Below, piece after piece: positions 27,488-41,970 of a stretch of DNA of 64,000 bases (positions are counted from its first letter, which is position 1; every line of letters starts with the position of its first letter). This DNA is from Octopus vulgaris (taxonomy: Eukaryota). The notes under the pieces were generated by a model that was not told where the DNA came from, ran no database searches, and saw nothing but the letters and a program-made list of their open reading frames with translations. Both the position numbers and the translations under genes were made by a program. The stretch spans positions 71,982,001 through 72,046,000 of the forward strand of contig OX597823.1 of NCBI GenBank assembly GCA_951406725.2. Reading direction: 5' to 3'.

Positions 27488-27758
27488 TTTGTTGTTTGTT
27501 CCTGGTTTCCTTGGCGTATAGTTTCCCCACTTGGACGGGACACCGGTCCGTCGCAGGTGAGCTGCTAGATGCAGGAGGAAAGAGTGAGAGAAAGTTGTGG
27601 CGAAAGAGACAGCAGAAGTTCGATATTACCTTCTGCCGGAGCCGTGTGGAACTTAGGTGTTTCGCTCATAAAGACACATATCGCCCGGTCTGAGATTCGA
27701 ACCTGCGATTCCTCGACCGCGAGTCCGCTGCCCTAACCACTAGGCCTTGTACCTCCAC
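27488..27758 (-). mobile_element. tRNA-SINE family C with 10-bp target-site duplication
   Basis: The reverse complement matches 61134-61443; gttattttaa flanks both sides (27478-27487 and 27759-27768). Confidence 0.88.
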
Positions 27759-28507
27759 GTTATTTTAAGTAGCCCTGGCATTAATCGTTTGTAATTGCTT
27801 TCTCTTGTTTTCAATGGTTAGTTTAGAACAGTAACATTTATGCTATTAGAGTTCTTATGTTTTGGATGGCATTTCTTCAAAATTTTGAATTTAAGACTAA
27901 AAAACTTAAAATTTATAAAAAAATTTAAATGTATTGAAGTAGCTTACCTTTTGCTTATATATTTCCATTTGCAACGATATGAAGTTCTACTCTGACAACA
28001 ATTAACTTTCTGCAAATTCCGTGCAAAGTCAACACTTGAAACTGAGATTGAAGTAGGTATTAAGCCTTTAAATAACAATCCAAAGCAGTGACAGAAACGT
28101 TTGACCAATCACAACAGCTTAACCTTTGTAAATATAAAATGAATAACGCGAAAGTTAATAGTAAATTGAAGCTATATAAATGTAGGAAAACTAGATTCTA
28201 ATTGTTTTCCTTCAGATGAAAGTAAAAATGCAAGTTGTTCTTAGTGTCCCAACCCACGAGTGACTCATATTGAATATATTTTACAAAATGATAATAAAAC
28301 TGCTGTGTTCACGAGATTTCACTATGCAAAAATTCAGTGGAATCCAGTATGTATTATGTATACAGGTATGCATGTATGTATGCCATTATTCAGTTTCATT
28401 TCAAGATTTGCCAATAGAGAAAGATTTGGTTTCTAACCTAGATCCAAGGCTCTTTCATTGGAATTTCTACAACATCAACCGGATATTTTTGCATTTATGT
28501 GTGTATA

Positions 28508-28887
28508 CGAGCAAAACGCCCCCCATCGAATGGACGGTGCTGAGTTGTCAAACATTTAAACCAAGTTTTCTCAAAACAACTAGTCCGATCGTCCCATAGG
28601 CCTTCCCTTTGAGAAAGACTGATTTAACGTAAATTTGAGACAACAGCAAAAGAAGAAATAAAGATAGACTCTTTTCTATTCCAAGAAAAACGATTTTATA
28701 AATGCACGTTCCCACGGCTTTATCGATTGCATTCTCACCTGGAATCGATTTTTGTAATTTTTTCAAGACTTATACACTCCCTGATACCGTCGGTATATAC
28801 ATGTCAAATTTGAGCGCAATCGAATGGCGGATGCCCGAGACCCTAAAAGACACACACAGACAGACAGAACGGATTTTATATAATAGA
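28508..28887 (-). mobile_element. Non-autonomous Helitron-like element
   Basis: Minus strand starts A|TCTATTATATAAAA, then a (gtct)n tract; it ends in a GC-rich hairpin and CTCG|T (CTAG variant). Confidence 0.65.
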
Positions 28888-29778
28888 TGTGCAGTATTTG
28901 GAATCAGCGTATGTGGAGATTTGAATGTTTTGTTTTACGTGTGTATTATCAGGCATATAACTGCATCTCTATACTTGCGCCTGTATACTTAAATGATAAA
29001 CTCCTGGAAAGTTTAACAAATTTTTACAGTTTTCAATGATAACTTGCTTCTGTAGTCTTCGAATCAGCTTTTTACTTTCCGGTTTTGAGAAGCCTAATTT
29101 CTCAAGATTAGTTAAGTAGATTACCTATGTAGTGTGTTACATATCCCAGTGCCCCAATAATTATAGGTATAAACGTGAACTTGTAAATCTGAGTAGAGTA
29201 ACTGTAAATTTCTCAATAGTCCAGCGTAGATATTTCATTTTTCGGTGATCTTTAATTACATATATGTATGTATAATCCGTTTTCACTTAAAAACTTTCTC
29301 CACAATAGAAAAAGATTCGGTTTCTAACCCAGGAACAGAGTTTTTCATTGAAACTAAAGCTACCTCAGCTAGCTAATCATACAAGTATCTGTACATATAA
29401 CTATTTTATAAGTTATATATGAGAATACATGCTTATGTGCTTATTTCTGTTCTTTTCTATAAGCACATTTGCTTCTTGTAAATTTATGAAACATATTACT
29501 TATTTCCATAGTTGATTAATGTGAATTTTCTAATTACCTGAGTCTTTTCTGGATCTATAAACCATATTCTTTCAACATTGGTGCTGAGTTAGTTCGTTAT
29601 ATATAAACAAATAAGCCAATTAATGCAATTTTAAATCTAAAAGTCACTCCAATGGAATATTCGTAGATTTGTCATTTTCCCTTATTTTTGACTTTATACT
29701 GTTGTCTGATTCCCACTATCTTTTATCTATCTTCTATCATAAAGTTAAATCTATATTTTACTGACGTTTGAGTGACAT

Positions 29779-30192
29779 ACTCTTTACTCTCTTTTACTTG
29801 TTTCAGTCATTTGACTGTGGCCATGCTAGAGCACCGCCTCTAGTCGAGCAAATCGACCCCAGGACATATTCTTTGTAAGCCTAGCACTTATTCTATCGGT
29901 CTCTCTTGCCGAACCGCTAAGTTACGGAGACGTAAAGACACCAGCATCGGTTGTCAAGCGATGTTGGGTGGGGGGACAAACACAGACACACAAACATATA
30001 CACACACATATATATATATACATATATGTGACGGGCTTCTTTCAGTTTCCGTCTACCAAATCCACTTACTAGGCTTTGGTCGGCCCGAGGCTATAGTAGA
30101 AGACACTTACCCAAGGTGCCATGCAGTGGGATTGAACTGAGAACCATGTGGTTGGTAAGCAAGCTACTTACCACACAGCCACTTCTGCACCT
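29779..30192 (-). mobile_element. CORE-type SINE family B, full copy
   Basis: Reverse complement of the 33578-33980 type along its whole length. Confidence 0.92.
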
Positions 30193-32569
30193 AATATTCA
30201 ACTAATATTTTTTCACATTTAACCACTCTATTTTCACAGTGATAAAATGTATGTATATGAAGTATGTATGTCTATAAAATGTATGTATATGAAGCGCGTA
30301 CATTAATTACTTAATACAAGTCGATATCATTGCGTATTATTTGTAAGTAGCCGTATTTGGACAAAATGCTTCGCCCTGTAGACATAATGGCTGTGTTATT
30401 ATGATTATTCAAATCTCAGTTGACTTATAAGTTGTGTTATTACTATATATCATGCTGCGGTTCATTAGAAATTCAAGTGAAATATATTAACTTCAACCAA
30501 AACTTAGTTTTCTTCCACGTTGCTCGCAATCTTAAAGTGGCCAAAATAACAATTGTTAAAAAGGTATAATATTTATTGTCCCCTTAAAGATTCCTGGCGG
30601 GTTACAATAAAAGTTGTATTGTGTGGGAATTGAACTTGGGAGACTGAAACAAAATGCAGTGTAGTTTCTAACGTTTTTACTCTGGTGTTTGTATGTTACA
30701 ACCTTTGTGACAAGCCTTAAGCATGAAAATATATTGAATTCTTAAATAAATATCAGGCTACAATTATTGAAAAATTAAATTTCAAATGAAACTATCACTG
30801 AATTTGCTTCGTTAGTCAATGTAAAATTTGGTGAAATTTGAATGTATTAAATTGACGCAAGAAGACATACTACATAATCATTTTGCCCTACGCTATCATC
30901 TTTAAGAACAATTCTTTGGAAACTTCTTCCTTTAAACTGAACCTTAATATACTATGTTAATTTGTCTCGGTGGAATAAATCAAAATGACTGACTTGGAAA
31001 TTCGTCACAGAATGTTGTTTATTCTTCATAAAGAACATTCTTCATAAAAGAATGAAGTAACATTTTTCCTTCTCACTAGATAATCAGTAGACAAGAGACA
31101 TTTCGAATTAATTGCTTAACTGAAATGGAACGGTTTCAGTTGCATATTGAATAACTTTTATAATTTTTCAGAGCGTTTATATTTGTTCTGTTAGGATATT
31201 TTAACGATTGTAAATAATGACCAGCCTTATTTAGTAGTACAGATTATCCAAGATCATTTACATTTCTGTTTCGAAAATATAAAGAAGTGATAAGTATTTG
31301 TTAGGCGTATGAAAACACACTTAAATATATAACAAAATAATCTTTAATGAACAATTCACAGTCTCTTTCTTTTGTTAGGCCAATGTTTTCTATTGTCATT
31401 TTATTTATTTGTTCAATTTGGAAGCCGTGTTTTTTTTTTGTTATTGTAATATATTATATAAGCTAACTTGTTTCTTCTGGATGTTTTGGTTGAGACAAAA
31501 AATAGAATTTAAAAACTAGCAAAAACAATTAAATACCTTGAAAATACTTATATCTAGATAAAAAAAATCCTAACAAACCCAAGTAGAAGGGTGATTCAGT
31601 ACTTTATGCACGCAGGAGTGAATACGTGGAAAAAGAAAATAATTCTGAGAAAATGAAACCAAAGCGCTTTCTAGGAAAAAATGGTCACGCAGATCTGAAC
31701 ATGATTCCAAATAATTTGATTGAATGTAGTCAACACAGATAAGGGCTAAAATATAGCAATATATAACGACGCAAAGCATCGTAAAACAAAGGGGAAGCGT
31801 TTTGTTGTTAACAAGTATTAACATGACATAACAGAATGACTAAGTCATTGCTCGTTCATGATTTGCACTCTGTATATTAGCCAAAACTGTTGACCAGTTT
31901 TAATCCTTGGGTGAAATTGATCGTCTTAAAACATATGGAGCTAACTCGATCCTGAAAAAATATGAATTACTGTTCTTTACTTCAAGCAGTATATGACACT
32001 TCTCCGTCTTTCACATTCGCCGCTGGTGGCATTCAGTTGCAACTTAATTAAATAAAAGTATATAAAAATATTTAATATTCATCATATGTAGGTATTCGAA
32101 TTTGTTGCGATTATTGTAACAGAAATCTGCTTGTCTGAAATATCGGTGAAGTCAGTCTTTGCTGATTATTCTTTACATTTAGTAAAATAATCAGCAAGCG
32201 TTACAAAGGTTTTTTTCTACCAATCGTGCCATATGTGTTGCAGCTGGATGCCACAGATTGGACTTGGCCATCCATTATATTTGTTCTAAAAACATCATAA
32301 ATCTAGTGACAAATACTTTATTCAAATATATGGAAGTTTAAATTACGATAAAATTTAACAATTATGAAATTGATTGGTCACTTCGAAAACACGTCTCCTT
32401 ACATTAATATTATGTTTAAATGCAATATGTTTCATAACTGCAAATGAATTCATCCCTGCAAGCGCAACTAAATTTTCGCCGATTACATAGCTTGACCACT
32501 GCTATTAATGGGGAAATAATCCATACTCTGGAAATTATAGCCCAGTGAATTTGGTTTTATACATAAAGG

Positions 32570-32900
32570 CCTTCTTTGGTCATGATTGACTATGGCATAG
32601 CACCTAGAAAATTACCCTCCGAGACAGAAGTCCGCACAAGTTTGTTTATGGAAGACTAGCAGTCGCCCATGCGTACCAGATTTCTCTTTCCACACCACCG
32701 ATGTTATCCAAGGAAAAGGCAAAGACCGTTACAGCTTGGCTCCAGTGACATGGCAACTCATTTCTACAACTGAATGAACAAGAACAACTCGAAATAAAGT
32801 GCCTTGCTCAAGAATACAACACACAGCCCGGTCCGGGAATCGAACTCGCTTTCTCATGATTGTGAGCCCGATGCCCTACCCGCTGAGCCATGCACCTTCA
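32570..32900 (-). mobile_element. tRNA-SINE related to family C
   Basis: Minus strand: tggctcagcgg A-box, gttcgattcc B-box, ttcttgagcaaggcactttatttc core as in 896-1150. Confidence 0.85.
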
Positions 32901-32914
32901 CAAAAGTGTGAGAT

Positions 32915-33002
32915 GCTTACAGCACATAGGTTCCCAAATTAGTCAACCATCTAAGTACTATCTAGGCTAGCGTTACCTAACTTCAGTGATATGGCTGTAA
33001 GC
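32915..33002 (-). pseudogene. 5S rRNA pseudogene with internal deletion
   Basis: Minus strand gcttacagccat-[gap]-atcactgaagttagg..tagtacttagatggttgac..tgggaa..gtgctgtaagc follows the metazoan 5S termini and the box A/IE/box C region; about 30 nt missing. Confidence 0.8.
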
Positions 33003-33333
33003 ACACACACCGACACATGCATACATACATACATACATACATACATACATACATACATACATACATAAGCACACACACACACACACACACTTATATGGGG
33101 CTACACTCGCACACACATATGAGACTAGAATAAAAGTGAGGATTCGGTTGCATTTTAAAAAAATTATTGCACCATAAATTCGCGAAATGCATGGGTTTAT
33201 ATGTGTGTCTTTCTATGCGATCCACTCCATCCTTGTATACTTGTCCATATCTTTGTGTGTTCTCCCACTGATACGCAAACACACACACACATACAGACTC
33301 CTACACTTCCCTCATGCATACGTATATACATGC

Positions 33334-33383
<50 letters not shown>

Positions 33384-33577
33384 TTTTCTTTTTATTTATT
33401 TATTTATTTATTTTTTTTGTTCTTTTCTTCCCTTTTACGATCCCTCTTGATCGAAAACCTACGCCACCCCTTTTTTTTCTTTTGTTTTTTGTATCCCCCA
33501 AAAGAAAAGCTCTACCTTGTAACTTGTCCCATCTGTGTGCAGCCCTGTGTGGCCAATAAAGAAACTTATCTATCTAT

Positions 33578-33980
33578 CTGTGTGGTAAGTAGCTTGCTAA
33601 CCAACCACATGGTCCCGGGTTCAGTCCCACTGCGTAGCATCTTGGGCAAGTGTCTTCTGCTATAGCCCCGGGCCGACCAATGCCTTGTGAGTGGATTTGG
33701 TAGACGGAAACTGAAAGAAGCCTGTCGTATATATGTATATATATATATGTATGTATGTGTGTTTGTTTGTGTGTCTGTGTTTGTCCCCCTAGCATTGCTT
33801 GACAACCGATGCTGGTGTGTTTATGTCCCCGTTACTTGGCGGTTCGGCAAAAGAGACCGATAGAATAAGTACTGGGCTTACAAAAAGAATAAGTCCCGGG
33901 GTCGAGTTGCTCGATTAAAGGTGGTGCTCCAGCATGGCCGCAGTCAAATGACTGAAACAAGTAAAAGAGAGTAAAAAGAG
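33578..33980 (+). mobile_element. CORE-type SINE family B, nearly full copy
   Basis: tgtggtaag..gggttcagtcccactgcgtagcatcttgggcaagtgtc..tail gactgaaacaagtaaaagag. Confidence 0.92.
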
Positions 33981-34065
<85 letters not shown>

Positions 34066-34078
34066 GTCTGTCTGTCTA

Positions 34079-34139
<61 letters not shown>

Positions 34140-34482
34140 ATATGGAGCAATAACAAAATGCATGAGTTCCATAATCGTCATAAACTTAGAGTAAAACAGA
34201 AAAACGAATGGTAAAGAGAATTGTTAGCATAGTACGAGTAAGATACAAGGCAGGCAACGAATGCATATTATTTTCATTGGTGAGAGGGAATTAAATTATG
34301 ATAAGAATCAATTGCGTTTGGTATAAAAAATAAGCTTGCATTCAGAAACATTAATATGTTAATCGTTAAATATAGAGTTTCAATTAGTGTAGGTAGGGTA
34401 TACCACCGACTTTTATTATGCACATTGGATAGAAGGTAAACTTACAAACTTATATCTGATGACAGAGAACAATTAACATTGA

Positions 34483-34613
34483 CTTCAAATTTTGGCACGC
34501 GGGAGGGAAAAGTCGATTAGATCGACCCCAGTACTTAACTGGTACTTATTTAATCGACCTCGAAAGGAAGAAACGCTAAGTCGACCCCGGCGGAACTTGA
34601 ACTCAGAACGTAA
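34483..34613 (-). mobile_element. 5'-truncated family A SINE with 19-bp target-site duplication
   Basis: agagaacaattaa(c/t)attga at 34464-34482 and 34614-34632. Confidence 0.85.
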
Positions 34614-35287
34614 AGAGAACAATTAATATTGATAATATTAATAATAGAATGTGTATCAAACTGACGTCATGCATAGAAAAAAACTGCACAACAAAATGTG
34701 ATCTGTTTCGAGTTATACACAGATCAAATAATACCTTAAAGATAAAAAATCAAAATATATTTCGATGAATATTTCAGTGTATATAAACTACATAGAACAC
34801 AAACATTGTAAAGTGGCGCTAGAAAGATGGAGAGTTACTATACACAAACACAACCGGGATTTGTAGAAAACAAAGAAAAACATGATAAAGCCAATTATTT
34901 GTGTAATACATCGAGGACGCAATGCATTTAGTTTGTAAAGTTTTGCGTTAAAATTGTCATTTGCCTGTATGATGGAAAAACAAATGACGAACCCATCTCC
35001 GCTTTATTAGTGAGGTAGAAGTAAAATTTGCTTATAAAAACATAAGCGCAGGCGCACACACACGCACGCACGCACACACACACAAATACACACACACATA
35101 CACACACTCCGCATACATATGTACTTATGTATGAGTCTATAGCTGCTAATATATGTATGTGCGTGCATATACATACATACATAGACACAAACACATATAC
35201 ATATATACACACACATATACATACGTACATACATACATACATACATTCATACCTACAAATAGACAGACAGACAGAGAGACAAAGTTT

Positions 35288-35330
<43 letters not shown>

Positions 35331-35369
35331 TTATATATATATATGTATGTATATATATTTGTATATATA

Positions 35370-35400
<31 letters not shown>

Positions 35401-35449
35401 CATTATATATATATATGTATGTATATATATTTGTATATATATATATGTG

Positions 35450-35470
<21 letters not shown>
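35288..35470. repeat. Higher-order tandem repeat (~72-bp unit) built from (TA)n
   Basis: The interruptions cattata..gtatgta..ttgta..gtgta recur with a ~72-bp period. Confidence 0.8.
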
Positions 35471-35482
<12 letters not shown>

Positions 35483-36531
35483 ATGTATATATTTATATGC
35501 AAGCATATATGCATCTGTACATCTCGGTGTATGCACATGCGTACACACACATACACACACACTCGTGTGTGTGTATGCTTGTAGGGAGAAAATTAAAGTG
35601 TGAGAGTGAGAAACAGACCCAAGTAAAATGCATTAAAACGTCTTTCAATTCAAAAATACAATTTACTTCTAACTACATTGAAACGTATTTTCCAAGTGTA
35701 CATCCCCCCCCACCTCACAATCAAACTGAGGTATATTTCTTATGTTAGAATCCTCCCTCAACACTATTACAAAAGACATTGGTATCAGCTTAACTGATAT
35801 AACTATACTTATACTACAATATCCTTTTTGATTTCTCGCTTCTGTTTATTGAAGTGTGTTAATTTGAAATGAAGTTATTTCCGGTAGATGATAGATTTTT
35901 ACAGCATGAGTAATTTCCCTTTGCACTTTACTCTTATTTTTTCCATTTTTTATTTTACCTGTAAGCATATACGTGAAACGTTAGAATTGATGTATATTTT
36001 ATGTTGTATATTTTTCTTTTCGCAATCGTAACATTTTTTTAGGGGTAGATTGGAAACTATATTGAATAAGCATAATTTTTGAAATATTCGAAAAGTTAAT
36101 TGCTAGTTTACCAAAACAGTTTACAAATAATAAGATTTTAATAATGAAATTGGTGTCAAACTAACGAAAACAACTGGTTTTGAATTACAGTATAGACAAT
36201 TTTTATAGGTTATCACTTCATATATTACCTTGAATGATCATACATATATACATACATATATACATACATACATACACACATATATACATGCATACATACA
36301 TACATACATACATACATACATACATACATACATACATACATACATACATACATGCATGCATACATACATACATACATACATATACTACTTTCGCCGAGGA
36401 ATTATCTCGCAGATTATCACAGTCATAAAGTGCAGCATTATCAATAAATTCACAAAACATCAGAAACGATAATAGTTACCATGTTCCACTTCGATTTCCA
36501 CAACTGGTATTAGTGTATACATACACACACA

Positions 36532-36583
<52 letters not shown>

Positions 36584-36766
36584 CTTCTATGTATATATGC
36601 ATGTACCTCTGTGCATATGTGCGTGTGTGTGCATGTCTTTATACATACATGTATATATATATATATGCGTGTATGAATGTATGTATGTATAAAAACATAC
36701 ACGCACACACATATACATCCATCCATCCATCCATCCATATATATATATATATATATATATAGATAC

Positions 36767-36825
<59 letters not shown>

Positions 36826-37670
36826 TGTATGTTTTGATGGAAAAATGAATTTGCAAAATGCGTCTCTGAAAAGAACTGAAAAAAAAATTATTCATAAAAA
36901 TAAGTGAACAAAATCTGTATGTTGTAGCTTTGTCATCTCTGTTTATAAATATCGTTACCCAATTTGGCAAACGTTTTTGTTTTTTTGCAAACTTAAATCA
37001 AATATTTTCAAACAAGTTTTTTTACTTCAATTTTAGACTTAGAAAACAATCTTATCCGAATTGAAGTGTTTGTTGAAAATAGAAAGAATGTGAACGTATA
37101 ATGACTTCTATATGTCAAGGTGACAATTTGACAAAATTAATGGTAAATATACATACATATACATACATACAAACATACATACATAAGTACATACATATAT
37201 ACATACATATACATACATATACATATATATACATACATACACACACACACATATACATGTGGCTACCGTAGTGGGGTGATCATTGCAGACTTTTCGTAAG
37301 ATTGGAGAAACTGAGTCAGAACTGTTGAGCCCTCTTCGATAGAAATAATCTACTCCACTATGATTCATCATCGTATGAATTACTCTGCCAAAAACGCTTC
37401 TACTTCATGTAACGATGTTTACTTGAAGACGTATATAGGAAAAAAACAGAAGACTTTGTTAAATGCTTACGATAGAAAGCTTTTCAGTTTGACGGCGAGT
37501 TAACTATAACAACCACGGAACTTTGCGATATGAAATCACGGGAACTTCCTCCATGTGTCAAAAGTCTTCTCCCTTTCGAGATTTGCAGAACATTGTTTCC
37601 ACGATTAAATTTAGTAAGTACTCTTATTCTCTAACTAGTCCCAATCTAAAATAGTTAAACAATATACGAT

Positions 37671-37884
37671 TAGGTGCTGTCGCGACTGTGTGGCTAGCAG
37701 CCTACTTCCAAACACCATGGTTCCGGCGGTCAGTTCCACTGTGTGTCATCTGAGCCAAGTGTTTTCTACTTTAGCTTAGGGCCGACGGATGCCTTGCGAG
37801 TGGTTTTGGTAGATGGTAACTGAAAGAAAGCCGTCTTATATATATACATATGTATGTGTGTGATTATGTCTTTGTATGCGTGTA

Positions 37885-37932
<48 letters not shown>

Positions 37933-38237
37933 GATAGATAGATAGATAGATAGATAGATATACACACACACAGAAAAACGCACACGCATATATATGTATA
38001 TTTGTATGCATGTGCGTTTTTCTGTCTGTTTTTGTCCACACCCACCACCACTTGGCATCCGGTCTTGGTGTATTTACTACATACCCGTAATTTAGCGGTT
38101 CGGTGAAATACATCGGTAGAATAAATACCTCACTTAATAAAAAGTACTGGGATTGATTCATTCGACAAAAAATTATTCACGGTAGTGTCCCAGAATGGCC
38201 GCAGTCTGACGACTGAAACAAGTAAACGATCAAAGAT
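37671..38237 (+). mobile_element. Diverged family B SINE with expanded internal microsatellite
   Basis: ttggtagatggtaactgaaagaaagccgtc and tail atggccgcagtc..gactgaaacaagtaaa. Confidence 0.8.
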
Positions 38238-38544
38238 TTAAAAACGCTAATCTTAAGTTGATATTTTCAGGCAAGACTAACAATTTTTACGAAATAGATA
38301 GGGATATGTATAATAAAGTATTAGTTAACAGCATTATCGATAAATACAGAATGTCTGATATAGATACTTACAACTATTTTTAATAAACATTAAAAAAAAA
38401 CTGCATATCTCTCTAAGAGGGAAGGTTTCATTTCACTGAAAGATAAATCCGACTTTCACAGTAGACCTAAATGAAGACTAATTAACACCGGTTGAGACTG
38501 AACTGGGTTTAGCGAGCAAAAAAAGAAAAAGAAAATTAAGAAAC

Positions 38545-38758
38545 ACTCTTTTACTCTTTTACTTGTTTCAGTCATGTAACTGTGACCATGCTGGAGCACC
38601 GCCTTTAGTCGAGCAAATCGACCCCAGGACTTATTCTTTGTAAGCCTAGTACTTATTCTATCGGTCTCTTTTGCCGAACCGCTATAATTACGGGGACGTA
38701 AACACACCAGCATCGGTTGTCAAGCGATGTTGAGGGGGACACACACACAGACTCACAA

Positions 38759-38846
<88 letters not shown>

Positions 38847-39000
38847 GACGGGCTTCCTTCAGTTACCGTCTACCAAATCCACTCACAAAGCTTTGGTCGG
38901 CCCGAGGCTATAGTAGAAGACACTTACCCAAGGTGCCACGCAGTGGGACTGAACCTGGAACCATGTGGTTCGTAAGCAAGCTACTTAACACACAATCACT
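38545..39000 (-). mobile_element. CORE-type SINE family B, full copy
   Basis: Closely matches 29779-30192. Confidence 0.92.
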
Positions 39001-39009
39001 CTTAAAAAT

Positions 39010-40400
39010 TAATGAATCTTCGAACTTTCTACTACGAACCTATAGCTTCTCGGTGATATCTTGGTTGAAATCTATATCATTGATTTCTACTCATCGATAC
39101 TTGAACCACTGTTGCATAATGCATTGAAGTTTGCGCGTCAGTTTGTAACTATCGATGAGCACGCACGTCAGACACTGTTATATAATAGTAGATGTGTTTG
39201 GACCGAAGGGATAACCCAAGTGAACTATTCGATATCCCAATGGGTCTGTATGGTTGCACAGATATATGCAACTTGGTTGGTTTTTACATATTAGATCTTC
39301 TAAATTCGAAATTCCCCATATACCGGGATGCTGCTGTGACACAATTATAATAGACAGACGATGGATTCCATTAGAAAACAGTTGATTTTCAACATTTAGT
39401 TCTTTAGGGCTTAATATATTTATTGACAAAATGTAACTAGAACTAGCTTGTTAGAATGTTTCCTTAGAGTTCAAAACTAATTCCTATAAGCCCTTCTATA
39501 AGCCTGACAGAAATCTGAAATATATTAATAAGCATTTCTGCCATTCACTTATAGTATATAAGAACTTAATTCCGAACATTAGCTGTAGGGTTACATGGCT
39601 TTCTTCTTCCAAAGAAATATTTGTAAAGGCTTCACTATATCATAGCAAAGTTCTTCAGAATGGCAGCTTTACTGACAAAATCTCTTATAGTCCTCCATCA
39701 CCTGAACCATCTAGTCATAAAACGATATCCCGTAAAATTCCAAGGTTCACCCTACCCGTCTTTCTAATTATTAGGACAAATATATGTAGAAGATTCTTAC
39801 ATTTATCAGACATTCATTTTCCTAGCAACCACAGATACAGAAACATTTATAATAGATACACGACTAAAATCAGCTTTTTTTTTCGCACCAATCACCAGTA
39901 TAAAAGCCTATATCAATAAACAACCACTGACTCAAACCTTTCCTGGATGAACGTGCAGCGATAAATCTAAATATTCTCAAGGGCAGGTATGCACTATATT
40001 CTACGTTGTTTATGAGGCACGAGTACAAGCAAACGATGCCGACGGCCGTACAGCAACCAAATGTTACATTGGATTAGTGGATTAAATTCAGTTATATTAA
40101 ACATTTCCGACTTTTAGGCACCGCAAGAAGAGACATGCAAAAACCCTCTCGGAATTAATCTGGAAACTTCAAGATGAAAACATTCACTACATCAACTGGA
40201 AAATCCTTTCCAAAACCGAACCCTACATTAACGGGCCCAAAAGACGTGCGATATGTTCCCTTGAAAAAACGCACTTTTAAAAAAGTTAAGAGCGTATGAT
40301 AACTAAATTCCAGGAATGAGATATTTTCTTTACATTCGCATTTTAAAAATGTGGAAAATTATAAACTACCAGACGCATCGTCAACCACTCCAGTCTGGTT
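39010..40400 (+). mobile_element. Decayed Penelope-like element (RT + GIY-YIG endonuclease)
   Basis: IIDFYSSI..LLHNALKFA, LFDIPMG..ICNLVGFYIL, SYKPFYKP..YINKH, HFPSNHRY, CYIG, LSELIWKL..INWKIL..CSLEK in the expected PLE order. Confidence 0.88.
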
Positions 40401-40615
40401 TACGTAAGTTTCAAATACGTAATGTTTGTTTTAACGTCGGTTATCTCCCTTCTGTTTTTCTCTCTCTGTCTTTTTCTCTCTTTTCCAATGGCGCACTCTC
40501 ACTACTCAATATCTGCTTAAGGCTTGTTTGTGTGCCTTATTGTTGAGAGTTTCTATATCTATATTTATATGGATGTGACAGAGACACACACACAAACACA
40601 CACATTATTACTCAC

Positions 40616-40711
40616 CTTTTATATAATGCATGTTGAGGACTTAGAACTAACGCCATGAGCGAAACTCGGAGTAGTTTACGGAGAAAATGTCCGACTTGAT
40701 ATTTTGTAATT
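40616..40711 (-). CDS. Putative 96-nt exon (phase 2-2) ITKYQVGHFLRKLLRVSLMALVLSPQHALYK; may instead be a start-codon exon (MALVLSPQ...)
   Basis: Strong acceptor gtttgtttcttcctttgtacctttag and donor AAG|gtgagt; only one frame is open. Confidence 0.55.
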
Positions 40712-40907
40712 CTAAAGGTACAAAGGAAGAAACAAACGCACACACACACGCACATGCAACCTTTCTCACATGACGCAAGGCTGTATGTGGTATGAACGAT
40801 ATGCCAATGGCACAATGAGAAGTGATTCAGAGCACCTGGTAATATATGAAATGTACTCACAGTTAAGGTATGCTTATTGGACGTAGCTGCACACATATAT
40901 TAGGTTA

Positions 40908-41970
40908 CTAGCAGAGATACCCGGCGTTGCCCGGTTACATTCAATTGAAGAATTAGACTTTTCTGTTATATTTTCTGAATGAACTGGAATATCTGTTTCG
41001 AATTTCATCAAAATTGCAGATGAGGGTTATTTCTCCCTTTACACACCCTAAAAAAATTGTAATTGTGCCACATGGAAACCAAAAGACGAATGATCACAAT
41101 AAGCAGTCAGTTACCCTACCCTAGTCGTTACCACCCCCAATGTAGGATTCCTCACCATCCAGGTGACAGGCACAGCTGTAAGATGTATTACGAATCTATA
41201 GCGATTGGAAGGGCGTGACCCAACTGAAATCAACATGTGTGACGTGAGGGCTTAGGAGAAATTAAAGTGTCACCTCTGGAGTTTGCAAATGACCACTATA
41301 CTGATACGTAACTGGACAGAATGAATTTAAAATCTATAAATGTCTTTGAATAACCAGTCACTCATCTGGGAAGGCCTTGTAATCAATGTTACCATCTGGG
41401 GACTATGTGTGACCGAGTGATAATAAAAAGACTGAAAGGAGGTCTGCAACCAAATAACTTTACTCAACACTTTGCAACTGAATCATTGGAGACAAAGATG
41501 CTTCTCATTTACTTAACAATTTATGCACCACATTGCAGAAATCACAATGTAAGTGTATGTCAAAGCAAACTGTTACACTGTTGTACCATTGAATTAGAAA
41601 TAATGCCCAACTTTTATGCTCAGGTAACCCTACAGCTTTCAAGAGCACAACTGTATTCGTTTTTGCTTAGATAAAATGACAAAATTGTGGATGTTAAGTC
41701 TCCATGGAGGGGTCTTTCTAACTTTGTAAGAAGATGAAATTTTATAAATATTACTTCATTTGTGTCTAATATCTATGGTTAACATTTCATCAACAGCAAA
41801 AATATATGAATTGTCATGGGGGTTATGGCCCTTATGCTTAGAATATAATTTCCAAATTTCATAAAGATCCATTCAGTACTTTTGACCTAGTTTTGGATCA
41901 TAAATTGATAGATACAACTGAGTGGGCAAACAAAAATATGAGACACAGCCTAGTGCTTTTTTATGTTGAT
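40908..41970 (-). mobile_element. Non-autonomous Helitron
   Basis: Canonical 3' end on the minus strand: ccgggcaacgccggg hairpin, then ctgCTAG|T. The far boundary is approximate. Confidence 0.65.

Noticed and set aside
34446-34455. 10-nt minus-strand microexon candidate
   Set aside because: Not a multiple of 3, and its pyrimidine tract overlaps a SINE target-site duplication.
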